Source: Dehalococcoidia bacterium
GTDB taxonomy: Bacteria > Chloroflexota > Dehalococcoidia > Lucifugimonadales > UBA3495
Length of the DNA stretch: 64,000 bases
Assembly: GCA_965213725.1 (NCBI GenBank)
Contig: OZ243924.1
Location: forward strand, 303,544-367,543
Reading direction: 5' to 3'
Part shown: positions 26,844-35,363 of the stretch, in pieces
How positions within the stretch are numbered: the stretch's first letter is position 1
Layout: each line of letters opens with the position of its first letter
Notes under the pieces: generated by a model
Database searches by the model: none
What the model saw: only the letters and a program-made list of their open reading frames with translations
What the model was told of the DNA's origin: nothing
Made by a program: the position numbers and the translations under genes

Positions 26844-27725
26844 CTACTCTTGTAGGAAGGATTTGATGATGGCGTAGCTTTCGTCGGGCATTTCCTCCGG
26901 GATATAGTGGCCGCAGGGCAGGGATTGGCCGCGGACGTTGCCGGCATACTCGCGCCAGACAGCCAGCACGTCTTGAGTCCGTCCCACGTAGCCGGTGGCG
27001 CTCCAGAGGGCGAACATTGGGCAGGCGACCTTGTTGTCAAAGTCCGCGTCGTCGTGGGCCAGGTCAATGCTGGCCCCGGCGCGGTAGTCCTCGCAGGTGG
27101 CGTGGATGGTGCCTGGGTCGCTGAAGCAGCGGGCGTACTCGTCCACCACCTCCGGCGGGAAGGCCCCTTCGGCCTCCGGGTTGCGCCGGAAGGAACGGCG
27201 CACGAAGTAGTCCGGGTCCGCTCCGATGACCCGCTCCGGGAAGTCATAGGGCTGAATCAGGAAAAACCAATGGTAGGTGTTGGTCGCCATTTCCTTGTTG
27301 ACTATCTGGAACATTTTATGCGTCGGTATGATGTCCAGCACCATCAGCTTCTCAACGCGCTGCTGGTGGTCCTTGGTCAGGCGGTGGGACACCCGCGCCC
27401 CCCGGTCGTGGCCCACCAGCCGGAAGGAATCGAAGCCCAGGCTCTGCATCACGTCCACCTGATCCTGGGCCATGGCCCGCTTGGAGTAGTTGTAATGCTC
27501 GGCGTCGCCCGGAACCTTGCTGCTGTCGCCGTAGCCTCGCAGGTCGGGGACGACTACGGTGAAGTCCTCGGCCAGCCTGGGCGCGATCTTGTGCCACATC
27601 AGGTGCGATTGCGGATAGCCGTGGAGCAGCAGGAGCGGCGGCCCATCGCCGCCCTTCACCAGGTTGATGGCCGCGCCGCCGCTGGTGTCTATTTGCAGCC
27701 GCTCAAATCCTTCGTAAAACGCCAT
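26844..27725 (-). CDS. alpha/beta hydrolase of the haloacetate (fluoroacetate) dehalogenase / epoxide hydrolase family
   Basis: Start at ATG 27725 (MAFYEGFERL...). PLLLLHGYPQSHLMWHKIAPRLAEDFTVVVPDLRGYGDS, the Asp-nucleophile elbow GHDRGA, YHWFFL and CEDYRAG closely parallel fluoroacetate dehalogenase as I recall it. Confidence 0.75.
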   Translation of the reverse strand: MAFYEGFERLQIDTSGGAAINLVKGGDGPPLLLLHGYPQSHLMWHKIAPRLAEDFTVVVPDLRGYGDSSKVPGDAEHYNYSKRAMAQDQVDVMQSLGFDSFRLVGHDRGARVSHRLTKDHQQRVEKLMVLDIIPTHKMFQIVNKEMATNTYHWFFLIQPYDFPERVIGADPDYFVRRSFRRNPEAEGAFPPEVVDEYARCFSDPGTIHATCEDYRAGASIDLAHDDADFDNKVACPMFALWSATGYVGRTQDVLAVWREYAGNVRGQSLPCGHYIPEEMPDESYAIIKSFLQE

Positions 27726-27915
27726 TGTTCTCTCCTTGCCTGCGATTGCCGGACGCGGCGGTTTGCCCGCCCCGCATCTGCGATATACTATCACCAAATA
27801 TCCTCTGAATCAGGATTTTCGGGATTGAAGGATTGGCGGTATAACACCGGATAATTCTGAACCTCCTCTAACCCGGCAAGCCCTGATTCGGATAACCGCC
27901 CCGCAGGAGGGTGCT

Positions 27916-29211
27916 ATGAGCAGCAACGGCAAAACACTGGTGATCCGCAACGGAACGCTCATTGACGGCACCGGCAAGCCGGCGTCGCAGAACGATGCGG
28001 TGGTCATTGAAGGCAACCGCTTCTCCAGCGTTGGCGCGCTGCCGCCAAGCCTGAACCTGGAGGACACCGGCAAGTTTGAGGTAATAGACGCCAGAGGCAA
28101 ATGGATAATGCCCGGATTGATTGACGGCCACTGCCACCTGTCCTTCGGCTTCCCGGCGGTGTCGTCCACCAAGTACCCCAGTGGCCGGGGCACCATCAGC
28201 CCCGGATTCAGCGCCCTTCGAGCCGCCCGCAACGCTCAGACGGTGCTGCGCTCCGGCGTTACCAGCATCTCGATACCCGGCGGCACCTGGTTCATTGAGG
28301 TGGGCCTGCGCGACGCCATCAATGCCGGGCTGGTCGAGGGGCCGCGCATCTTCACCGCCGGGCGCTTCATCGTCACCTACGGCAGCATCGGCGACTACGA
28401 GCCGTCGTGGGTCGGCACGCCGGAACACACTCTCGGCGTCCTAGCCAATGATGTCAACGACATGATCACCGAAGTGCGCCGCCAGACCAAGCACGGCGTG
28501 GACTTCATCAAGCTGGCCGACAGCACTTGGGGCGACAACCAGACTATCTCCAAGGAAGAGATTGCCGCCGTGGTCGAAGAAGCTCATCGCCGCAACGCCC
28601 GTGTCGCCATCCACTCCCGGGGCGCCGGCTCCACCAAGGCGTCGGCTGAGGCCGGCGTAGACTGGATTATGCACGCCGACCTGGCCACCGAGGGCGAGCT
28701 GTACGCCGTCGCCGAATCCGGGGTGCGCATAATGCCGACCATGACCTTCCTGTTCGAGGCGCTGGCCGTGGGCCAGGAGCGTGGCCGCAGCGACGAGGAG
28801 CTGGACATCATCCGCCGCAACGCCGAAAGCTCGATGCAGGTATTGGAGACGGCCAGAAACTTCGGCGTCAAAGTTCTCTGCGGCACGGACAGCGGCAACT
28901 CGCCGGTTATGCCCTACGGCACTCTCCACGCCAACGAGGCCGAGGTGATGGTCAAGTACGGCGGCTACACGCCCATGGAAGCCATCGTGGCCAACACCCG
29001 CGAGAACGCCTACGCCGTCGGACTGGAGGGCGAGCTAGGCGTCATCGAGCCCGGCAAGCTGGCCGACCTGCTCATCCTAGACGCCGATCCGCTGGCCGAC
29101 ATCCGCGTCCTGCAAGGCGGCAAGCACCTAGCGGCCGTCATCAAGGACGGCCGCCCGGTAAACCTGAACGGCGCCGCGGAAGAGGATGAAGCCCTGTTGA
29201 CGTTGCGGTAA
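27916..29211 (+). CDS. metal-dependent amidohydrolase (imidazolonepropionase/Xaa-Pro-type amidohydrolase family)
   Basis: 431 aa. LVIRNGTLIDGTG...IDARGKWIMPGLIDGHCHL (HxH metal motif) and the C-terminal GTDSG... and KLADLLILDADPL are present. Confidence 0.8.
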   Translation: MSSNGKTLVIRNGTLIDGTGKPASQNDAVVIEGNRFSSVGALPPSLNLEDTGKFEVIDARGKWIMPGLIDGHCHLSFGFPAVSSTKYPSGRGTISPGFSALRAARNAQTVLRSGVTSISIPGGTWFIEVGLRDAINAGLVEGPRIFTAGRFIVTYGSIGDYEPSWVGTPEHTLGVLANDVNDMITEVRRQTKHGVDFIKLADSTWGDNQTISKEEIAAVVEEAHRRNARVAIHSRGAGSTKASAEAGVDWIMHADLATEGELYAVAESGVRIMPTMTFLFEALAVGQERGRSDEELDIIRRNAESSMQVLETARNFGVKVLCGTDSGNSPVMPYGTLHANEAEVMVKYGGYTPMEAIVANTRENAYAVGLEGELGVIEPGKLADLLILDADPLADIRVLQGGKHLAAVIKDGRPVNLNGAAEEDEALLTLR

Positions 29212-29229
29212 GAAAATACCCCACGGGGG

Positions 29230-30045
29230 CTACCGGCTCAGGTAGGCAAAGCTGGCTTCCAGATGGTTGAAAACATCCGGGTGAGGCGGGATTTCCATTA
29301 TGGCAGCGCCCGAGTAACCCTTGGCGTTGAGGATGTCCCGCAGCTCGCGGCAATCGAGGTCGCCGTCATCCACTGCGGGGATGGCCTCGCCGCCCCGCAT
29401 CTGCTTGAAATGGACGATTTTAAGCAGATCCAGCGGCAATGCTTCGAGGTCCCGCAGAGGATTGGAGTCCGGGAAACGGCGCAGTTGGTTGGTGGGATCC
29501 GGGCAAAGGCCAATGTATTGCCGGTATTCGGCGGGCATCCGCTCGCGGACGGCCTCGACCAGCATCGCCATACTGCCGATGGGCTGCCCGGAGTTCTCCA
29601 TAGACAGTATGACCCCCTGACGCGCTGCCTCCGTAGCCAGTCCCGCGAGCCCCCAAGCCGGCTCGGGAATGTCCCTCGGTGATTCCCACGGGGCGTCGAA
29701 GCCCGAGGGGTCAACGATGCGCAGTTGCGGAGAATCGCCGCCTACCAGCCTGGCCCCGGCAATCGCCGCTTGCCAAGCCTCGCCCCGCGGGTCGGTCTCG
29801 CGCGTGAGGCAGGGCCAAGCCATGGCTAGGTCGAAGGTCAGGCAGGGGTAGGCTTTCACCACCGCCGCCAGCCCCTCCGGCGACGGGCGCCAGCCGTCGC
29901 CTTCGCCCGACTCGCAGGCGCCCAAGCAGGTCTGCCGCAGTTCGATGTGACGCGCTCCCTTCGCCTCGGCCTGTCCAACCAGCGCCGGCAGTTCCTCCGA
30001 TTCCAGTTGCAAACGCCACGAGTTGGTGATTGCGCCGAATATCAT
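29230..30045 (-). CDS. sugar-phosphate isomerase/epimerase (xylose-isomerase-like TIM barrel)
   Basis: 271 aa. The overall pattern (…HIELRQ…, …SMENS…, …HFKQMR…) fits the AP-endonuclease-2/xylose-isomerase-like TIM-barrel family. SD GAGGAG is present. Confidence 0.55.
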   Translation of the reverse strand: MIFGAITNSWRLQLESEELPALVGQAEAKGARHIELRQTCLGACESGEGDGWRPSPEGLAAVVKAYPCLTFDLAMAWPCLTRETDPRGEAWQAAIAGARLVGGDSPQLRIVDPSGFDAPWESPRDIPEPAWGLAGLATEAARQGVILSMENSGQPIGSMAMLVEAVRERMPAEYRQYIGLCPDPTNQLRRFPDSNPLRDLEALPLDLLKIVHFKQMRGGEAIPAVDDGDLDCRELRDILNAKGYSGAAIMEIPPHPDVFNHLEASFAYLSR

Positions 30046-30373
30046 TTTCTTTCTCCTCGTTACGCCTTACGCCATCTTCGCTTCACCGTAACACGAGGCG
30101 GCCTTTTTGTGAACCGCCGGGATTGCCCCGGCGTTCTCAGCACGCGCTGAACGCGCTGATTATGCGTGATTCCGCAGCCGCAATCCGTCATCCCTTCGTA
30201 AGCGGGAATCCCGACGTTGCTGCTTACAGCGAATTCCGTCGGCGCGGCCACCACCTGTTGAGCATGCCGGTTCCCCGCACCGCCAAGGAAATATGGACAG
30301 TTGGACGGCCCCGCGATAATATCAATAGGCTAATTGAGACTTAATTTTGGCTGGAATCATTGTGGAGGCCGTT

Positions 30374-30892
30374 ATGCCTGTCCTGAGCGGAGACGAAGGG
30401 AGCGACAACGAGCGGGAAGTCTTGGCCGTTCTGCCGGTCTGCGGGGCGGAGAACCCTGATGCGGCTTGGTTGCAGCTCGCCATCGGCGGGCTGGCGGCCC
30501 GGCCCCGGGTGCTGGACGTTGACGCGCTGTCCAAGCTATCCCGCGGCGAGATGGTTGACGACTTTCGCTGTGTCAGCGGATGGGTGGCGCCGGACCAGCG
30601 GTGGGAAGGCGTTCCCGTGTCTGACCTGCTGGACGACGCAGGCCCGTTGCCGGAAGCGCAGTATGTGGGCTTCACGTCGGGCGGCTACACCGTGGGCATG
30701 ACCATTGCCGAGGCGCGGGAGTCCGGCGTCATCGTGGCGCTCCGGCACAACGGCGCCCCCCTGACCACCGAACACGGCGGGCCTTGTCGGCTGGCAGTGT
30801 CGGGCCGGGCCGGGCGATGGAGCGTCAAGTGGCTGGAGCGTATCGAGCTGCTGGCCGAGCCTCCCGAAGATACCGGCCACCATCAGCACTAA
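30374..30892 (+). CDS. molybdopterin-binding oxidoreductase domain protein (sulfite-oxidase/YedY-like fold)
   Basis: The track starts at TTG 30347. ATG 30374 has GGAGG at 30364-30368. DFRCVSGWVAPDQRWEGVPVSDLL and NGAPLTTEHGGPCRLAV are typical of the oxidoreductase molybdopterin-binding domain. Confidence 0.65.
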   Translation: MPVLSGDEGSDNEREVLAVLPVCGAENPDAAWLQLAIGGLAARPRVLDVDALSKLSRGEMVDDFRCVSGWVAPDQRWEGVPVSDLLDDAGPLPEAQYVGFTSGGYTVGMTIAEARESGVIVALRHNGAPLTTEHGGPCRLAVSGRAGRWSVKWLERIELLAEPPEDTGHHQH

Positions 30893-30961
30893 GCCTTTCC
30901 CGTCTCTCGCATCTCTCGCACAAACACCGGACGCAGACAAAATTTTGACCGAGGAACTTCA

Positions 30962-31921
30962 ATGCGGACAATTGACATCCACGCCCACATCACACCGGAA
31001 GGGTTCATTCAAGCCTTTCGCAAGGGAGAAAACTGGCACGGCATCACCGCGGGCGTCGTGCCTAATATGCGCTACAACCCCCGCACCACCTGGTCGCCCG
31101 AAGAGCGCATCGCGGACATGAATTCCCTGGGCGTGGACGTTCAGGTTCTCTCAACCAATGCTTTTTTCTACCAGTACGACAAAGACGCCTCCACCGTCGC
31201 CCTAATGGACCAGGAGTGCAACGACTACGTGGCCCAACTGGTGAAAGACCGCCCCGACCGCTTCGCCGGCTTCGCCACCCTGCCGATGCAGGATGTTGCC
31301 GCCTCCGTGGCCGAGCTGGAACGCAGCATGAGCATGGGGCTGAAAGGGGCGATGATTGGCGACCAAGTGAACGGCAAGACTTTCGACGAGCCGGAGTTTA
31401 TGCCGCTCTGGAAGGCGGCGGAAGCCTCCGGCGCGGTTATGCTGATTCACCAGGGCGGCGACACCATCGTCAGCCCGCGCAGCGGCCGCTATCACCTGCC
31501 CAACACCATCGGCAACCTGGCCGACCGCGCCGTCACCTTCGCCTCCTTCGTTTTCGGAGGCGTGATGGATGCCTGCCCCGACCTGCGCGTCTGCCTGTGC
31601 CACGGGGGCGGTTACACCTGCTACGGCATCGGGCGCATGGACCGGGGCTGGCAGGTGCGCCGGGAGGCGCGGACGCACATCACCCAGCCCCCCAGCAAGT
31701 ACTTGGACAAGTTCTATTATGACTGCCTGACCCACAGCGAGGAGGCCCTGCGCTACCTCATAGACAGCGTGGGCATAGACCGGGTGGTCTTCGGCACCGA
31801 CTGGCCCTTCGATATGGCAACGGACTGGCCGGTTTCCTGGATTCTCAGCCTGGAAAGCCTGACCCTCGAAGAGAAAGAAGCCATACTTCACGGAAACTTG
31901 GAGCGGCTGCTGGGCATCTAG
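30962..31921 (+). CDS. amidohydrolase_2 family protein (ACMSD-type decarboxylase/hydratase family)
   Basis: 319 aa. MRTIDIHAHITPEGF, ...MLIHQGG... and ...CHGGG...FGTDWPF fit the metal-dependent ACMSD-like family. Confidence 0.75.
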   Translation: MRTIDIHAHITPEGFIQAFRKGENWHGITAGVVPNMRYNPRTTWSPEERIADMNSLGVDVQVLSTNAFFYQYDKDASTVALMDQECNDYVAQLVKDRPDRFAGFATLPMQDVAASVAELERSMSMGLKGAMIGDQVNGKTFDEPEFMPLWKAAEASGAVMLIHQGGDTIVSPRSGRYHLPNTIGNLADRAVTFASFVFGGVMDACPDLRVCLCHGGGYTCYGIGRMDRGWQVRREARTHITQPPSKYLDKFYYDCLTHSEEALRYLIDSVGIDRVVFGTDWPFDMATDWPVSWILSLESLTLEEKEAILHGNLERLLGI

Positions 31922-31974
31922 GCCGGAGTAAAAGACAAAGGGCCACAGCCAGCCATGGCCGTTGAACAATGGAC

Positions 31975-32011
31975 GGCAGCCCCTGACAGCAATGCTGTCA
32001 ACCGGGCTGCC
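31975..32011 (+). terminator. long imperfect hairpin after the amidohydrolase_2 gene
   Basis: The fold is ggcagccc-c-tgacagc-aat-gctgtca-acc-gggctgcc, with about 15 paired positions. It starts 54 nt after the stop and is followed by gctttat. Confidence 0.45.
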
Positions 32012-32145
32012 GCTTTATGCGCCATGGAAATTTCGGGGTGAAATTCCGGCGCGGCGGCCCGCCCCGGTTGAACGCCCCGCGCCGTTGCCGTATCCTAGCG
32101 GTGCTATTCGCGTTTCAATCCCATTCTTTCGTTGCAGGTGCGGGT

Positions 32146-33690
32146 ATGAAGTATGATGTGATTGTTGTGGGGGCCGGGTCGGCCGGATGCGCTCTCGCGG
32201 CGCGGCTGTCGGAAGATCCCGAACGGTCGGTGTTGCTGCTGGAAGCCGGGCCCGACTATCCCGACATTGAAACCTATCCCGAATCCCTCAAGAACGGCTA
32301 CCAGTCCGAGTTGGCTTCATTGCACGGCTCAGAGCACAACTGGTCCTTCGTCGGCAAGCCCACCCCTGACCGCCCCAATGATATGTACGCGCCCAGAGGC
32401 AAGGTGGTGGGCGGCACCAGCGCCATCAACGGCCAAGTGTTCCTGCGCGGGCTGCCGGAGGACTACGATTCGTGGGCCGCTGCGGGAAACGACGAGTGGG
32501 AATACATCAAGCTGCTCCCCACTTTCCGCCGCATGGAAAACGACCTGGACATCCGGGACGACTTCCACGGCAACGACGGCCCCATGCGGGTGCGCCGGCA
32601 CAAGGAAAAGGCGTGGGAGCCGCTGATGCACGCCTTCCACGCGGCCTGCGTGGCCGAGGGATTCGCGGCCGGGCAGGATATGAACAACCCTGATTCCTCC
32701 GGGGTGGCCCCGTTGCCGATGAACAACGTGGACGGCGTCAGGTTGAGCACCGCCTTGTCGTATATCAACCCGATCCGGCACCGGCTCAACCTGACCATCC
32801 GCCCCAACGCTCTGACCACCCGCGTACTGTTCAATGGCAAGAAAGCCGTCGGCGTTGAGGTGGAGAGCGGCGGCGAAACTTTCGTTGTGGAAGGCGAGTT
32901 GATTGTCCTGTCCTCCGGGTCCATCGCCTCTCCGCACATACTCATGCACTCCGGGGTGGGGCCGCGGGCCCACCTCGAGAGCGTGGGCATTCCGGTCGTT
33001 CACGACCTGCCCGGAGTCGGCCAGAACTACCGCGACCATCCGCAGGTGGGAATCGCCTTCAGCGCCCAGGATGGCTTCCCGTTGAACTTCGAGGCGTCGC
33101 GGACTCAGTTGGGCCTGCGTTACACCGCGACCGGCTCCGGCTTGCGCAACGACATGGTGCTTTTCCCAACCACTTTCTCCACCCCGATGGGAGACCTTAC
33201 CGGGCCCGGGGAAGACTTCCGTATGTCGGTCATCCTGAACCTTGCCCAAGGTCATGGGCAGGTTACGCTGACTTCATCCAATCCCCACGATCAGCCCCTG
33301 CTGGAGTACCGCTTCCTGGAAAACGACAGCGACCTCGATCGGCTGCGGGACGGCGTCCGGCTGGTGGTGCGGCTGACCGAAAGCGACGCCTACCGGGCCA
33401 TTATGAAAGAACGGCTGGATCCCACTGACGAGGATCTGGCTTCCGACGAAGCGCTGGACGCCTGGCTCCACAAGATGGTTCGCACCTCTCAGCACCTGGT
33501 CGGAACTTGCAAGATGGGCCCGGCGTCGGACCCCATGGCAGTGGTGAACCAGTATGGCCGGGTTCACGGCGTGGATGGGCTGAGGGTGTGCGATGCCTCC
33601 GTCATGCCCGACACCCCCCGGGCAAACACCAACGTCAGCACCATAATGATTGCCGAAAAAATTTCCGACTTCATCAAGGAGGGCAAGTAG
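32146..33690 (+). CDS. GMC-family FAD-dependent oxidoreductase (choline-dehydrogenase-like), copy 1
   Basis: The conserved start is MKYDVIVVGAGSAGCALAARLSED at ATG 32146. The GMC signatures GGTSAINGQVFLRG and the C-terminal HLVGTCKMG...VHGVDGLRVCDASVMP are present. Confidence 0.9.
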   Translation: MKYDVIVVGAGSAGCALAARLSEDPERSVLLLEAGPDYPDIETYPESLKNGYQSELASLHGSEHNWSFVGKPTPDRPNDMYAPRGKVVGGTSAINGQVFLRGLPEDYDSWAAAGNDEWEYIKLLPTFRRMENDLDIRDDFHGNDGPMRVRRHKEKAWEPLMHAFHAACVAEGFAAGQDMNNPDSSGVAPLPMNNVDGVRLSTALSYINPIRHRLNLTIRPNALTTRVLFNGKKAVGVEVESGGETFVVEGELIVLSSGSIASPHILMHSGVGPRAHLESVGIPVVHDLPGVGQNYRDHPQVGIAFSAQDGFPLNFEASRTQLGLRYTATGSGLRNDMVLFPTTFSTPMGDLTGPGEDFRMSVILNLAQGHGQVTLTSSNPHDQPLLEYRFLENDSDLDRLRDGVRLVVRLTESDAYRAIMKERLDPTDEDLASDEALDAWLHKMVRTSQHLVGTCKMGPASDPMAVVNQYGRVHGVDGLRVCDASVMPDTPRANTNVSTIMIAEKISDFIKEGK

Positions 33691-33691
33691 A

Positions 33692-35233
33692 ATGAAGTAT
33701 GATGCCATCGTAATCGGGGCCGGTTCCGGCGGCTGCGTGGTCGCCTCGCGGCTGGCCGAGGACTCCGGCCGCTCGGTGCTGCTGCTGGAGGCCGGGCCGG
33801 ACTACCCGGACTACCAGTATTACCCCGAAGACCTGAAGTACGGCTACAAGCCCGACGCCTCGGCCCAAGGCGCGCCCCACAACTGGACTTGGTGGGCGCA
33901 GGGTTCCGCCGAGCAGTCAGAGATGATCCCGGCGCCTAGGGGCAAGGTAGTCGGCGGCACCAGCGCCATCAACGGCCAGGTGCTGCTGCGCGGCGTGCCG
34001 GAGGATTATGACGGCTGGGCCGCCGAGGGCAACGACGAATGGAAGTACATTGATTGCCTCCCTTTCCTCCGCAAGCTGGAGACGGACATGGACATCACCG
34101 ACGACTTCCACGGCAACGAAGGCCCCATCCCGGTGCGCCGCTTCAAGAAGGAAGACTGGCTGCCCTTCCAGCAGGCTTTCGTCCAAGCGTCCCTTCAGGC
34201 GGGCTACCCCGAGGACTATGACATGAACGCCCCCGATTCGGGCGGCGTCGGCCCCATTCCAATGAACAACCCCGAAGGCGTGCGCATGAGCACCGCCCTC
34301 ACCTTCCTCAGCGCAGTGCGCCACAAGCTGAACCTGACCGTCCGGGCCAACGTGGTTGTCCGCCGCATCCTGTTCGAGGGCAAAAAGGCCGTCGGCGTTG
34401 AGGTGGAGAGCGGCGGCGAGGTCTATCAGGTCGAAGCCGACCAGATTGTTCTCAGCGCCGGAGCCATGGCCTCGCCGCAAATCCTGATGCTCTCGGGCGT
34501 CGGCCCGGCGGATCACCTGAGCGAGATGGGCATTCCGGTGGTGCACGAACTGCCCGGCGTCGGGCAGAACCTTCGCGACCACCCCATCGTGGCGGTCATC
34601 TGCGAGGTGCGCGATGACCACGAGCAGGATCCCCTCGCCCCGCGAACCCAGACCGGCCTGCGCTACACCGCCTCCGGCTCGCCCGACCGCAACGATATGC
34701 AGATTACGGCGTCGTCCTTCTCCACCCCCATCGGCGGCGCCGATCCCTTTGAGCCGGGCGGAGTGCGCATCCAGTGCATCCTGGAACTGGCCGACGGCGC
34801 GGGCGAGGTGCGGCTCGCGGCCAACGACCCCCAGGTACAGCCGTCGTTGAACTACCGCTACCTGGAAGAGCGGCGCGACGTGGAGCGGCTGCGGGAGGCG
34901 GTGCGAATCAGCATAAAGCTGCTGGAGCACGAATCCTTTTCCTCCATTGTGGACAAGGTGATTCAGCCCTCGGAAGAAGACCTCGCTTCCGACGAAGCAC
35001 TGGACGCTTGGATGCGCCGCACGGTGTTCAACACCACCCACGCCTCCGGCACCTGCAAGATGGGGCCGGCCAGCGACCCCATGGCGGTGGTTGACCAGCG
35101 CCTGAGCATCCACGGGCTGGAGGGCATCAAGGTGGCCGATGCCTCGGTGATGCCCAACGTCATCCGCGCCAACACCAACTGCACCACCATCATGATCGGC
35201 GAGCGCTGCGCCGAATGGATCCGGAACGGCTGA
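33692..35233 (+). CDS. GMC-family FAD-dependent oxidoreductase, copy 2 (tandem paralogue)
   Basis: The start is MKYDAIVIGAGSGGCVVASRLAED at ATG 33692, 1 nt after the stop of copy 1. The motif set matches copy 1 (GGTSAINGQVLLRG, HASGTCKMG, IHGLEGIKVADASVMP). Confidence 0.9.
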   Translation: MKYDAIVIGAGSGGCVVASRLAEDSGRSVLLLEAGPDYPDYQYYPEDLKYGYKPDASAQGAPHNWTWWAQGSAEQSEMIPAPRGKVVGGTSAINGQVLLRGVPEDYDGWAAEGNDEWKYIDCLPFLRKLETDMDITDDFHGNEGPIPVRRFKKEDWLPFQQAFVQASLQAGYPEDYDMNAPDSGGVGPIPMNNPEGVRMSTALTFLSAVRHKLNLTVRANVVVRRILFEGKKAVGVEVESGGEVYQVEADQIVLSAGAMASPQILMLSGVGPADHLSEMGIPVVHELPGVGQNLRDHPIVAVICEVRDDHEQDPLAPRTQTGLRYTASGSPDRNDMQITASSFSTPIGGADPFEPGGVRIQCILELADGAGEVRLAANDPQVQPSLNYRYLEERRDVERLREAVRISIKLLEHESFSSIVDKVIQPSEEDLASDEALDAWMRRTVFNTTHASGTCKMGPASDPMAVVDQRLSIHGLEGIKVADASVMPNVIRANTNCTTIMIGERCAEWIRNG

Positions 35234-35259
35234 CCCCTCTTCGCAAAAGCCGTTTCGCT

Positions 35260-35287
35260 GGGCCGCAGTGATAGTATCCTGCGGCCC
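35260..35287 (+). terminator. GC-rich hairpin after the GMC pair (no U-tract)
   Basis: gggccgcag-tgatagtatc-ctgcggccc forms a perfect 9-bp stem 27 nt after the stop codon. Confidence 0.45.
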
Positions 35288-35363
35288 CGCGTCATTGTCA
35301 GGCCAAACCCGCAAGGATTGTGGCCCGCGAGTCTTCCCGCAAGTCTTATGGTATGTTGTGAGC

